NCBI GenBank assembly: GCA_965205265.1
Contig: CBDBGH010000003.1
Coordinates: forward strand, 672,001-736,000
Reading direction: 5' to 3'
Origin: Alphaproteobacteria bacterium
Lineage (GTDB): Bacteria > Pseudomonadota > Alphaproteobacteria > Bin95
DNA: 64,000 bases
Both the position numbers and the translations under genes were made by a program. Below, one piece after another: positions 18,418 through 31,264 of the stretch. The notes beneath the pieces were generated by a model that saw nothing but the letters and a program-made list of their open reading frames with translations, did no database searches and was not told the DNA's origin. How positions within the stretch are numbered: position 1 is the first letter of the stretch; every line of letters starts with the position of its first letter.

Positions 18418-19601
18418 ATGTTCGTGCGCATCAAGACCTCCCCCAACAGCCCGCGACGCTCGGTCCAGATCGTCGAGGCCGTGCGCGACGGCGGCAAGGT
18501 CCGACAGCGCATCGTCCGCCATGTCGGCGTGGCCATGGACGAGGACGAGCTCGAGCGCCTGAGGCAGCTCGGCGAGTACGTCAAGGCGAAGCTGGAGGAC
18601 GAGCGTCAGCCGGCATTGTTTGCGCCCGAGAAGATCGCTGAGCAGGCGATCCGTGTCGGCCGCCGGGGGGACGGCAAGGAGGAACTCCCGGTCGACCTCA
18701 AGCAGCTTGAAGAGGAGCAGCGCCTGATCACAGGCATCCACGAGGTCTATGGCGAGATCTACCGGCTGCTGGGCCTCGACGCGCTGCTGCCGCGCTCGCG
18801 CTACCGGGCCTCCCATGACGCGCTGTTCCATGTGGTGATGGCGCGGGTAGCCAACCCCGACAGCAAGCGGGGCAGCGTGCGCCGGCTCGAGGAGGACTTC
18901 GGCGTGAGTCTTCCGCTCGAGAAGGTCTACCGGATGATGGATCAGCTCGACGCGACGGTGATCGAGCGACTGCGCACGCGCGTCGGCGAGGCGAGCCGGT
19001 CGCTGCTGCCGGAGCCGGTCGCGATCCTCTTCTTCGATTGCACCACGCTCTACTTCGAGACGGCCGCCGAGGACGAGCTTCGCCAGCACGGCTTCAGCAA
19101 GGACGGCAAACACAAGGACTCGCAGGTTCTGCTGGCGCTGATGGTGACGCGCGAAGGGCTGCCGATCAGCTACGAGGTCTTCCCCGGCGCCACCTACGAG
19201 GGACACAGCATGGTCCCGGTCCTGCAGGACATGCAGCGCCGCCACCAGGTGGAGCGCACGGTATGCGTGGCCGACCGGGGCATGCTGAGCGCCGACAACC
19301 TCGACGCCATGGACGCCATCGGCGGCGAGTATGTCGTCGGCGCGCGGCTGCGCAAGCTGCCGCTCGCGCTGCTGGGGCAGGTTCTCGACCCCGGGACCTA
19401 TGCCCCGCTGGAGGGCTCACAGGACCGCCGGGTCGGCGAGTGGGAGTACAAGGGCCGTCGCCTGATCGTCGTCTTCTGCCCCCAGCGCGCACGCAAGGAC
19501 GCGCACGAGCGCCGCCATCAGGTGGAACGCCTGCTCGACAGGCTGGCCCGCAGCGACAATCCCAGGGAACTGCTCTCCAATCACGGGGCGAAGCGCTTCA
19601 T
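18418..19601 (+). pseudogene. IS1634-family DDE transposase, N-terminal part (interrupted)
   Basis: MFVRIKTSPNSPRRSVQIVE, FFDCTTLYFE, GFSKDGK, VADRGM; breaks at KRF-I. Confidence 0.9.
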
Positions 19602-19862
19602 TATAGCGCGACAATCTGGGTGAGAGCCGCGCGTCAATCAGGATGAGATTCCCCGGCGGCATCGGCGAGTTGATGATTGTCGCGCGGGGCGCGGATTGCA
19701 AGCGGTTTCGGATTTTGATTGTCGCGGCGCGACAAACAAGGTTTTCGGAGAGCGTTTTGATTGTCGCGGGGGGGCCGTCGGGTCGGAGAAGAGACGGCCC
19801 GCGGAGGCGATTCCCGCGGGCCGTGAGTGTTGTGGCCGCTGGGCCGATCTGGCGGCAGCGGT

Positions 19863-22210
<2,348 letters not shown>

Positions 22211-22398
22211 CTACTCGGAAAAACGTCACCGTTCGCCCAGCCGACCGACCCCGCCAGAAGGTCCAGGAAAAATTTTTTGAGGCGGCGGCCCGGAACTCCG
22301 GTCGGGCTACGCCCTCCCTCCGTTCCGGGCCGCCGCCTTCCCCCGTCTCATCCTGATTGTCGCCAGCGTCTCAAGCTGATTGTCGCGCCGCACTTCAT

Positions 22399-22870
22399 CG
22401 CCGTCGAGGGCGACGCACGGCTCACGGTGAACCCGGAGAAGATCGCCGAGGCCGCACGATGGGACGGGCTCACCGGCGTCATCACCAATCTGCGCGACGC
22501 GCGCGTCACCGAAGTGATGGCTCACTACCAGGGGCTCTGGCAGGTCGAGGAGAGCTTCCGGATCACCAAACACGACCTGAAGATACGTCCCATCTGGCAC
22601 TGGAACCCGGACCGGATCCGCGCTCACATCGCCATCGCCTTCCTGGCCTTCGCCTGCGTTCGACACCTTGCGTACCGCGTCGCCATCCAGAAGCGGCGGA
22701 TGTCCCCGGAGGTCATCCGCTCCGCCCTCGTCCACCGCCAGTGCTCCCTGCTGCGCTGTCGGCAATCGGGCAACCGCTACGTCATCCCCTCGAAGCCGAC
22801 ACCGGCGGCGGAGCAGATTTACGCAACCATGGGGCTGCCCCTGACGATCACCCCGTATCAACTCGCCTGA
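22399..22870 (+). pseudogene. IS1634-family transposase, C-terminal part
   Basis: Rejoins in frame as KRFIAVEGDARL once IS21 and one TSD are removed; YQGLWQVEESFRITK, RPIWHW, IRAHI. Confidence 0.9.
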
Positions 22871-22973
22871 CCGTCGACGAAGCACGGCTCGAAGAAATGC
22901 CGGATGTAGTGCCTAGCCGAAATGAGAACCAGGCAATATCAACTACTTATGCGAATCAACCGTCGAAGTCAGG

Positions 22974-23347
22974 AGTTCGAGCGCTCTGCCTGGCTCCTCG
23001 AAGCCGTATCCGTCAGCATCCTGCATGTCGTTCCTCCATCCTGTTTCGTTCCACTCCGTTCCGTTCCTCCCGCCGCCCGGCTTGCCCAGGTAGCGGGACC
23101 CTGATTCGCGCGTATCCTGCGCGCGCCTGTGCCGGCGCGGGCGCGTGTTTCGCCGCGGCGCGGTTCGCGCGCCTGATTGCCCGCGCGCGAGGCAAGCGCA
23201 GGACGCACTTCACATGTCGGCTGAATCGGGGTCGTTCCGCACCGGGCCGGCACGGGAGGAGAAGCGGCCTCGCGAACGCCGCCCCCATTCTCAAGTCCTA
23301 ATATATTACAGAATTCGCAGAAATCAACCTTTATTCTCGAATTAATT
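22974..23347. repeat. 374-bp direct repeat, right copy
   Basis: Begins immediately after the right IR; same sequence as 17887-18260. Confidence 0.92.
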
Positions 23348-23413
23348 CTGGAAATATGAACAAAAAGATTTTCCGGCGAGCCCGGCCGGGACATGCCGGG
23401 AAACGCCGATGAC

Positions 23414-25708
23414 TTAAGGCTTCCTGCGGTCGATCGCCATCAACAGGGGCGGGAGGAGCAGGAAATCGGCGAGGAGTGCGAAGCCGAGCGTGATCGCCAC
23501 CATAAGGCCGAGAGACCAGCTTACCTCAAACCCGGACGATGCAAACACCAGGAATCCGAGCGACAGGACTATCGTAGTGGTCCACAACGCCCGGCCGACA
23601 GTACGAAACGCGCTGCGAACGGCTCCAGCGGGATCGAGCCCCTCGCGGCGGGCCCTCAGATAGGCGGTCAGGAAGTGAATCGTATCGTCCACGACGATCC
23701 CGAAGGCGATAGCCGTCATCACCGACCCCGCAAGACCGACCCGCCCCACGAGATAGCCCCAGAGGCCGATAGTCATGGCAGCCGGGATGAAGTTGGGCAC
23801 CAGGCTGACAAGGCCCAGGCGGATACTCCTGAAGATTCCGATCAATATCAGGGATATCAGCGCCATGGCGACGATTGTCCCGGTCAGCATGCTCCTGATA
23901 TTTCGCTGCGAAAGATGCGCGGAAACGATGGTGAACCCCGATGCTTCCGTCAACAGTTCGGGCGCATTTGCCCGGAACCATTCCTGGGCCCGCGCATCGA
24001 GTTCGCGTTGCTGCCGCGAGGTCAGGCTTCGCGTGACGACGCTCAGCCGCGTTGCGGACTTGGCGACGTCGATGCGGTCGTTGAGGTCGCTGCCGAAGGG
24101 AAGCGAAAGCTCGTAAAGCAAGAGGTACTGGGCCGCCAGGGCCCCGTCCTCAGGCAGGCGATGGAAGGCCGGGTCGTCGCCGTGCATGTTCCTGTTGAGG
24201 CGCTTCATGATGTCCGTGAACGCTTGGACATGGATCACTTCCGGCTGCGCCCGGCCCCACTCCGCAAAGGCGTCCACGGCCCGCAGATATCCGGGGTCGG
24301 TGATGCCGTTGTCGCGCCCCGAAGCGAGCGAATATTCGAGCGTTTCCATACCCGTCAGATTTTCGATGACGAAATCCGTGTCGCGCCGGAACTCGTAGCG
24401 CTCGTCGAAATATCGCGGCCAGTTGTCTGTCAGATCGATGTGCGGGATGCCGGATACCAGTGCCGCGGCGAGGAGCGGCATGGAAATGAGCAGCGCCCTC
24501 CGGCGCTCCACGACGAAATGGCCGAACCGCTCGAAAAAACTGGGCCGCCCGCTCGGCGCGGGAGGCGCGCGCAGCGGCAGGATGGAAAGCAGGGCCGGCA
24601 GGACGGTAACCGAGTAGAGGAAGGCGCACAGCACTCCGAAAGCGACCAGGTTGCCCAGCACGTGGAAAGGGGGCGAATCCGATGCATTCAGGCTGAGGAA
24701 CCCGATTGCCGTGGTCGCGGTGGTAAGGAAAACGGGCCAGATATTGTCGCGGAGCGCCTCGGCTACGGCTTCATTCCTGCCGAGGCCGCGCCCCAATCGC
24801 TCCAGAACGCTGGCAACGATATGGATCGAATGCGCCACGGCGACGGTCATTACGATGATCGGGATGCCGGAATTGGCGGGGTTGAGCACCGTTCCGACCC
24901 AGCCGGCGAAGCCCATCGTCGTGTTGACGGTGAATATCAGCGTGATGACGAGGGCGAGGGCGCCCGACAGAGAGCGAAGCAGGAGCCCGATTGCAACCGC
25001 AATTATCGCGAACACCAGAGGCGTGAGGGTGCGCACGTCGTCCTGGGTCGTGTCGGCGAAGACCTGATGCATGACGACGTCGCCGGTCAAGTGATAGTCG
25101 AGGTTCGGATGGCCGGCGCGGGCCTGCTCCAAAAGGGTGCGGAGGAAATTGTTGATCTCGGCGACCGAAGCATCCCGGTCGTCGGACAAGGAGAAGTTTA
25201 TCGTCAGCCCCGCCACGCGCCCGTCATGGGAGACCAGGCGGCCGGCAAGGTCGATTGCGTTCAGTGCGATCTCTTCGACCCGTACAAGCCCTTCGTCGGT
25301 GAGCGCGCCTGCGTTCCTGACAAGCGGGCCGACGATCAGATCGTCCTCGGATGCCTCGCTGTGGGTATAGTTGGTCAGGGAATCGACCCGGGTTGAGAAC
25401 GGCGCCTGCCAGGCCGCCTCGGTCAGTTCCTCGACCGCAGCCAGCGTCTCGCGGGTAAACGCCGAGCCCTGACGCGGGGCGATTGCGATCAGCGCGACAT
25501 TGGATGCGGAATAAGTCTCCTCCAGCGCATCGAGCGCCGCAAGCTGCGGATTGTCCTCGTCGAAAAGGCTGCGGTAGTCGTTGGTCACGCCGATGAACGG
25601 GGCGCCTGCCGTCGCCGCCAGCATGACGAGCCCTGCAAGCGCAACGACCGCCCATCGGTGTCGAAGGACGAATTCGATAAAGCGGTCGAGAGGCGAAGGC
25701 GCCGTCAC
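23414..25708 (-). CDS. MMPL/RND-family lipid transporter
   Basis: 764 aa, two repeats of 1 TM + periplasmic loop + 5 TM; TTATTAIGFLSL, GIVVDDTIHF, LLPPLL. Confidence 0.9.
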   Translation of the reverse strand: MTAPSPLDRFIEFVLRHRWAVVALAGLVMLAATAGAPFIGVTNDYRSLFDEDNPQLAALDALEETYSASNVALIAIAPRQGSAFTRETLAAVEELTEAAWQAPFSTRVDSLTNYTHSEASEDDLIVGPLVRNAGALTDEGLVRVEEIALNAIDLAGRLVSHDGRVAGLTINFSLSDDRDASVAEINNFLRTLLEQARAGHPNLDYHLTGDVVMHQVFADTTQDDVRTLTPLVFAIIAVAIGLLLRSLSGALALVITLIFTVNTTMGFAGWVGTVLNPANSGIPIIVMTVAVAHSIHIVASVLERLGRGLGRNEAVAEALRDNIWPVFLTTATTAIGFLSLNASDSPPFHVLGNLVAFGVLCAFLYSVTVLPALLSILPLRAPPAPSGRPSFFERFGHFVVERRRALLISMPLLAAALVSGIPHIDLTDNWPRYFDERYEFRRDTDFVIENLTGMETLEYSLASGRDNGITDPGYLRAVDAFAEWGRAQPEVIHVQAFTDIMKRLNRNMHGDDPAFHRLPEDGALAAQYLLLYELSLPFGSDLNDRIDVAKSATRLSVVTRSLTSRQQRELDARAQEWFRANAPELLTEASGFTIVSAHLSQRNIRSMLTGTIVAMALISLILIGIFRSIRLGLVSLVPNFIPAAMTIGLWGYLVGRVGLAGSVMTAIAFGIVVDDTIHFLTAYLRARREGLDPAGAVRSAFRTVGRALWTTTIVLSLGFLVFASSGFEVSWSLGLMVAITLGFALLADFLLLPPLLMAIDRRKP

Positions 25709-25796
25709 CCGCTCTTCCCTTCGAAGCGGTTAGCCGCCGCTCCGTTTCGCCTTTCCGCTCCCGCGGACGGAGCGTTCCGAAGGAAGACTGCGCCGC

Positions 25797-26951
25797 CTAC
25801 CATGGCTGCGATTTCTCATGTTTGACGTGGTCGGGCAAATTGTATGTAAGACCACTCTCTTCATATACGGAAATCTGGAGAAGCTGGCTGAAATTGTCCG
25901 CCCGGACCACCAGCCCGCTCTTCTGCCAGCGCTGGAGACGTTGTTTCAGCCGGAAACCGAACAGGGTTCCGAAGGTCCGGGTCGGGGGATACTGGAAATC
26001 CCCGGCCAGTTCGTTCCCTATGAGCGCGCGGGACAGTTTGTAGGCAAGGGCGATGACCTGTTCTCGTTCCCGATCATCCGAGATGTCCACGATGCCGGGA
26101 ATGGCGCCGATCAATGCGTTCGCCATCGCTGCCGAATCCGAATCGGGCGGCGGCTCGCACATATTCGCAATCCGGTATATCCGGTCCGCCTCCGCGCCAT
26201 CCTCGTAAAGGATCGATTCGGGAATGCCCATCAGGTAGCCGGAATAGCGCCAGACGTCGAGGATGCTCGTCTTTTCCTGTTCCGTGAAGGACGCGCCCAC
26301 CAGCTGCGCATAATCGAGGAGCCGCTTGGAAAAAACCGAAATGGCGAAACCGAGATGGGCTGCGCTCAGCGGCGTGCCCCAGGCTTCGCCGTTCCATTCC
26401 TCGTGCCTCGCCAGCAGGCTCCTGATCCGGGCATGCACGAAGCGCACCCGGGTCGAGAGCTTCCAGCCGTCCCCATCCCGCTGCAGGCCGTCGGGGAAGA
26501 AGATTTCGAGCAATTGGCGGTTATTCTGCTGGAGGCGCCTTTTGGTGGCCGCGACGCGGCCGGTAATGCTGAACGATTTGGCTATAAGCGTCGAAAACCC
26601 TTCCACGAGCACGCCGGCGACGAACGCGACCAGCATGAGGTCCGCATTGGCATGAAAGGCGCGCACGCCCGGCCGAAAGGCGCTGTAGTGTAGCCATTCC
26701 GGCTCCCGGAAATCCTCGAAGAAACGGCGCAGCGGTTCCGGCGCGTCCCGCAATTCCGCGTCCCGCTGCTCTATGCCCGCTCCGATGAACCTGTGAAGTT
26801 CTGCGGGATGCAGCGGATAGACCTGCTCCATCACCGGATCGAGCTCCGGGTCGCCGATCGCGGTGTGCAGGATATACCTGTCGGCCAGCGCGCCGTCGTA
26901 ACGCCGGGCTTTCTCATAGCCTTCGATATAAGCCGACGGCGCTTCAGGCAT
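25797..26951 (-). CDS. DUF2236 / MpaB-like (Lcp-related) oxygenase family protein
   Basis: GDPELD, DGWKLSTRVRFVHARIR, WGTPLS, WRYSGYLMGIPE. Confidence 0.8.
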   Translation of the reverse strand: MPEAPSAYIEGYEKARRYDGALADRYILHTAIGDPELDPVMEQVYPLHPAELHRFIGAGIEQRDAELRDAPEPLRRFFEDFREPEWLHYSAFRPGVRAFHANADLMLVAFVAGVLVEGFSTLIAKSFSITGRVAATKRRLQQNNRQLLEIFFPDGLQRDGDGWKLSTRVRFVHARIRSLLARHEEWNGEAWGTPLSAAHLGFAISVFSKRLLDYAQLVGASFTEQEKTSILDVWRYSGYLMGIPESILYEDGAEADRIYRIANMCEPPPDSDSAAMANALIGAIPGIVDISDDREREQVIALAYKLSRALIGNELAGDFQYPPTRTFGTLFGFRLKQRLQRWQKSGLVVRADNFSQLLQISVYEESGLTYNLPDHVKHEKSQPW

Positions 26952-27550
26952 GCCCGTTACTTCTGTTCCCTAGGGAGCTTGAAGTAGCCGGGTATCTTCT
27001 ACGGCAGAAGGGGGATCCATGCAGTGTTCCGATAATGAACCTTGCTCCTCCTAAACATTTGGTAATTTCGGTCGAATCCGACGCTAAATCAACCCTCGAT
27101 CGCCGCCGCTGCGGGCGGCCGGGAAGAGCGGAGGGATATGAGCGGGACCGAATGCCGGAACGGCGCCGACATCGGCGGCGGATGCATGTTGCGTTTTCAG
27201 GGCCCGGCCCAACGCTGCTAGGGTAGTCGCGGTTGAAGATCCGGAGGAAATCGGCGCCTTGTCCGAGCCGCAACAGCCTCACGATGGATGGTGGGCCCGT
27301 CTCGACGCCGGGGCCGATACCGTCGCGGTCTGGGCCGCGCTGCTTTGCGTCCTCGTCTTCCTCATCCATATACGCACCCACCCTCGCGGATTCCGGGACC
27401 GGCGCCTCGTCGGGGCGTGTCTCGCCGGCGCCGCCGTCTTGATCATCTACCGATGGTCCACCTGGCCCCGGCGCCCGCCGGATACCGCCCGCCCGATAGT
27501 CTGCTACAGTGCCGCCGCCGCGGGGCGGCGGCCGGGAGGGGCAGGGGGAC

Positions 27551-29608
27551 ATGAGCGAAACCGGGACCGAATACCGGATCGGCATCGACATCGGCGGCAC
27601 CTTCACGGACCTCGTGGCCGTGGACCGCGAAGGCGGGACGCGGATCGCCAAGGCGCCCTCGACGCCGGCGGACCAGTCCGTCGGCGTGCTGGACGGGCTC
27701 GGGCGCCTGGCCGGAGCGATGGGGCTGGATGTCGCGACCCTGCTGGCGCGGACGGAGCGCATCGTGCACGGCACCACGGTCGCCACCAACGCCATCCTGG
27801 AGCGCAAGGGCGCCACGGTGGGCCTGCTGACTACCGGAGGCCACCGCGACGTGCTGGAAATGCGCGAGGGCCTGAAGCCGGACCGCTACAATCTGCGCAT
27901 CCCGCCGCCGGACCCGCTGGTGCCCCGCCGCAGGCGCCTTGGCGTCCGCGAACGGCTGCGCGCCGACGGCGCCGTCGAGACGCCCCTCGATCCCGCCTCG
28001 CTGGAAGAGGCGGTGGAGACGCTGCGCGGGCAGGGCGTCGACTCGGTCGCCATCTGCTTCCTGCATGCCTGGCGGGACAATGCCCATGAGCGCGCGGCGG
28101 CGGATGCGGTGCGCCGGGCGATGCCGGACGCCTATCTGTCGCTGTCCTCGGACGTGTTCCCGCAGATCAAGGAGTTCGAGCGCGTCTCGACCACCGTGGT
28201 CAACGCCTATGTCGGGCCGGCCCTTTCCGGCTATCTCGGCCGTCTCGCCGCCCGGCTAGAGGAGAACGGCTATGCCGGGCCGCTGCTTATCATCCTGAGC
28301 CATGGCGGCGTCGCGCCGCTGGAAGAGGCGGTCCGGCTGGCGGCGGGGACGGTGCTGTCGGGGCCCGCCGGCGGGGTCGCGGGCGCGCGCTACTCGGCCC
28401 GGCTGCTCGGCTCGGGCGACCTCATCCCGTTCGACATGGGCGGCACGAGCACCGACATCTCGCTCATCTCCGGCGGCGAGGCGGCGCTGTCGTCCGACCG
28501 GGGCATTGCCGGGGAACGGATCGCGCTCTCCTCGCTCGACATCGCCAGCATCGGCGCGGGCGGCGGCTCCATCGCGCATGTGGACGCCGGCGGCGTGCTG
28601 CATGTGGGCCCCGAGAGCGCCGGCGCCGATCCGGGCCCGGCCTGCTACGGGCGCGGCGGCGCCCTGCCGACCGTGACGGATGCGAGCCTGGTGCTGGGGT
28701 TCCTCGATCCAGCGAACTTCCTCGGGGGGCGCGAGCAACTCGATACCGGGGCGGCGGAAGCGGCCCTCGACGCGCTTGCAGCCGACCTCGGAGTCGAGCG
28801 CATGACGGCGGCGGAAGGCGTCCACCGCGTGGTGCATACCAACATGGCGGAGGGTATCCGCCTGGTGTCCGTCAGGCGTGGCGTGGACCCGCGCCGCTTC
28901 GTGCTGCTTGCCTTCGGCGGGGCCGCCGGCCTCCACATCACCGATGTCGCGCGCCAGCTGGATATTTCGCGGGTGGTGGTGCCGAGGGTCGCCTCCGTGC
29001 TGTCCGCCTGGGGCATGCTCGCGACCGACCTGCGCTTCGAAGCCTCCCGCACCCATATCGGCGATGCGGCCGCGCTCGACGCCGCCGCGGTGCGCGCCGT
29101 CTATGACGAGTTGGAGAGCGCCGCCCGCGAGCGCCTTGCCGCCTGCCATTCCGGCGAGGTGGCGGTGCGCCGCGCCGCCGACATGCGCTATGGCGAGCAG
29201 ATCTTCGAGGTGGATGTCGCGCTGGACGGCCTCGACTGGCAGGCGGACGACCTGCTGGATCGGATCGCGGAGCGCTTCCACGACCGCCACGAGGCGCTGT
29301 TCACCTATGCGCTGCGCGAGGACGATGTGGTACTGGTGAACGCCCGCGCCGCAGCGGTCGGACGCCTGCCGGGCCTGCCGGAAGAGCGCGTGCCCGATGC
29401 GGGCGCGGATGCCGCGCCCCGCGCGAGGCGGCAGGTCCATATGGGCGGCTGGCTGGAAGCGCCGATCTTCGACTTCGCCGCGCTCAGGCCGGGCCAGGCG
29501 CTGGAGGGGCCCGCGGTGGTGGAGAGCGATCTCACGACCGTCGTCCTGCGCCCGGGAGACCGCGCGGCCGTCACCCCGCTCGGCTGGTTGGACATCGCCG
29601 TCGGATAG
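27551..29608 (+). CDS. Hydantoinase/oxoprolinase family subunit A
   Basis: GIDIGGTFTD, HGTTVATN, SGPAGG, DMGGTSTD, GAGGGS, GPESAGADPGPACY. Confidence 0.93.
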   Translation: MSETGTEYRIGIDIGGTFTDLVAVDREGGTRIAKAPSTPADQSVGVLDGLGRLAGAMGLDVATLLARTERIVHGTTVATNAILERKGATVGLLTTGGHRDVLEMREGLKPDRYNLRIPPPDPLVPRRRRLGVRERLRADGAVETPLDPASLEEAVETLRGQGVDSVAICFLHAWRDNAHERAAADAVRRAMPDAYLSLSSDVFPQIKEFERVSTTVVNAYVGPALSGYLGRLAARLEENGYAGPLLIILSHGGVAPLEEAVRLAAGTVLSGPAGGVAGARYSARLLGSGDLIPFDMGGTSTDISLISGGEAALSSDRGIAGERIALSSLDIASIGAGGGSIAHVDAGGVLHVGPESAGADPGPACYGRGGALPTVTDASLVLGFLDPANFLGGREQLDTGAAEAALDALAADLGVERMTAAEGVHRVVHTNMAEGIRLVSVRRGVDPRRFVLLAFGGAAGLHITDVARQLDISRVVVPRVASVLSAWGMLATDLRFEASRTHIGDAAALDAAAVRAVYDELESAARERLAACHSGEVAVRRAADMRYGEQIFEVDVALDGLDWQADDLLDRIAERFHDRHEALFTYALREDDVVLVNARAAAVGRLPGLPEERVPDAGADAAPRARRQVHMGGWLEAPIFDFAALRPGQALEGPAVVESDLTTVVLRPGDRAAVTPLGWLDIAVG

Positions 29609-29622
29609 GCGGGACGGGACCG

Positions 29623-31239
29623 CTACCGGGCGTCTTCCAGAATCATCGCGGCCGCCTTTTCGCCGATCATGATGCTGGGGGCGTTGGTGTTGCCGGCGGG
29701 GATGGTCGGCATGATCGAGGCATCGGCGACGCGCAGGCCGGCAATCCCGTGGACGCGCAGCCTGGCGTCGGTGGCGGAGTCCGTCTCCGGCCCCATGCGG
29801 CAGGTGCCGACCGGGTGGTAGTTGGCGACGGCGCGCGCCCGCACGTCGGCCAGCAGGTCCTCGTCGCTCTCGCAGGCGGGGCCGGGCAGCACTTCCTCCA
29901 CCGTGAACGGCGCGAGCGCCGGCTGGCCGGCGATCTTCCGGCACAGGCGCATGCCGTAAAGGATCGCCTGGCGGTCGTATTCGCTGCGCAGGAACTCGTA
30001 GCGGATCGCCGGCGCGGCAAGCGGGTCCGGGCTCTTGAGGCGCACCGAGCCGTCGCAGTCCGGGCGCAGATGCACCGGGCTCAGCGTGAAGGCGGAGAAG
30101 GGGTGCGGCTCGATCCTGTCGGGCGCGCGGCGCGCCGCGCTCCAGCTCAGCATGTTGATCTGGAGGTCGGGGCCGTCGAGCCGCGGGTCGGTGCGCACGA
30201 AAGCGCCGGCGCAGATGCCCGTGCTGGCGAGCGGGCCGTCGCCGAAGAGCGCGTAGCGCGCGCCGGCCGCAAGGCGGCGCGGCAGGCTCCGCGCCAGATC
30301 GTTCGCGGTCACCGGCCGGGCGCAGCGGAAGCTGATATAGGTGTTGAAGTGATCGCGGAGATGGGCGCCGACGCCGGGCAGGTCCCGCAGCGGCCGGATG
30401 CCCATTTCGGCGAGATGCGCCGCCGGGCCGATGCCCGAAAGCTGGAGCAGGTGGGGCGAACCGAACGCGCCGCCGGACACAATGACCTCGCGCTTCGCAT
30501 GCGCCCGCTTCGGTCCGTGGGGCGTCTGGTATTCGATGCCGGTGGCGCGGCCCTCCTCGATCAGCAGCCGGCGCGCCTGGGCCAGGGTCTCGACATGCAG
30601 GTTGGGCCGCTTTCTGGCGGGAACGAGATAGGCTCTGGCCGAACTCCAGCGCCGCTTGCGCGAGGCGGTGAACTGGTAGAAGCCGGTTCCCTCCTGCTCG
30701 GGCCCGTTGAAGTCGGCGTTGGCGGGAATGCCGGCCTCGACCGCTGCGGCCACCATGGCGCGGTGCAGCGCCCATTCGGTCGGCACGTCCGAGACCCGGA
30801 GCGGGCCGCCCGCGCCGTGGAATCCGTCCGCGCCGCGCTCATTGTCCTCGGCCTTGACGAAATAGGGCAGCACCGACTCCCAGTCCCAGCCGTCCAGCCC
30901 GCGCTGGCGCCAGCCATCGTAGTCGCGCGGCTGGCCGCGAATGTAGATCGTGCCGTTGATCGAGCTGCTGCCGCCGAGCACCCGCCCGCGCGGCTGGAAG
31001 AGCCGGCGGCCGTCCAGCGCCTCGACGGGCTCGGTCTCGAACTTCCAGTTGACCCGCCCGTCGATGAACAGCTTGGGAAAGCCGAGCGGGATGTGGATCC
31101 AGGGGTCGGTGTCGCGCGGACCCGCCTCCAGCAGCAGGACGCTGTAGCGCCCGGACTCGGAGAGGCGCGCCGCCACGGCGCAGCCGGCCGAGCCTGCGCC
31201 GGACACGATGAAGTCGAACTCGGCATTGTCGGCCAGCAT
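29623..31239 (-). CDS. GMC-family oxidoreductase (choline-dehydrogenase-like)
   Basis: GAGSAG, GRVLGGSSSING, YHPVGTCRMG, GNTNAP. Confidence 0.93.
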   Translation of the reverse strand: MLADNAEFDFIVSGAGSAGCAVAARLSESGRYSVLLLEAGPRDTDPWIHIPLGFPKLFIDGRVNWKFETEPVEALDGRRLFQPRGRVLGGSSSINGTIYIRGQPRDYDGWRQRGLDGWDWESVLPYFVKAEDNERGADGFHGAGGPLRVSDVPTEWALHRAMVAAAVEAGIPANADFNGPEQEGTGFYQFTASRKRRWSSARAYLVPARKRPNLHVETLAQARRLLIEEGRATGIEYQTPHGPKRAHAKREVIVSGGAFGSPHLLQLSGIGPAAHLAEMGIRPLRDLPGVGAHLRDHFNTYISFRCARPVTANDLARSLPRRLAAGARYALFGDGPLASTGICAGAFVRTDPRLDGPDLQINMLSWSAARRAPDRIEPHPFSAFTLSPVHLRPDCDGSVRLKSPDPLAAPAIRYEFLRSEYDRQAILYGMRLCRKIAGQPALAPFTVEEVLPGPACESDEDLLADVRARAVANYHPVGTCRMGPETDSATDARLRVHGIAGLRVADASIMPTIPAGNTNAPSIMIGEKAAAMILEDAR

Positions 31240-31264
31240 GTCGCGCGCTCCCGCGGCCCTGCCG

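Noticed and set aside
22277-22870. Stand-alone 197-aa transposase
   Set aside because: Its N-terminus is IS21 end sequence; it is the severed C-terminus of the IS1634 transposase
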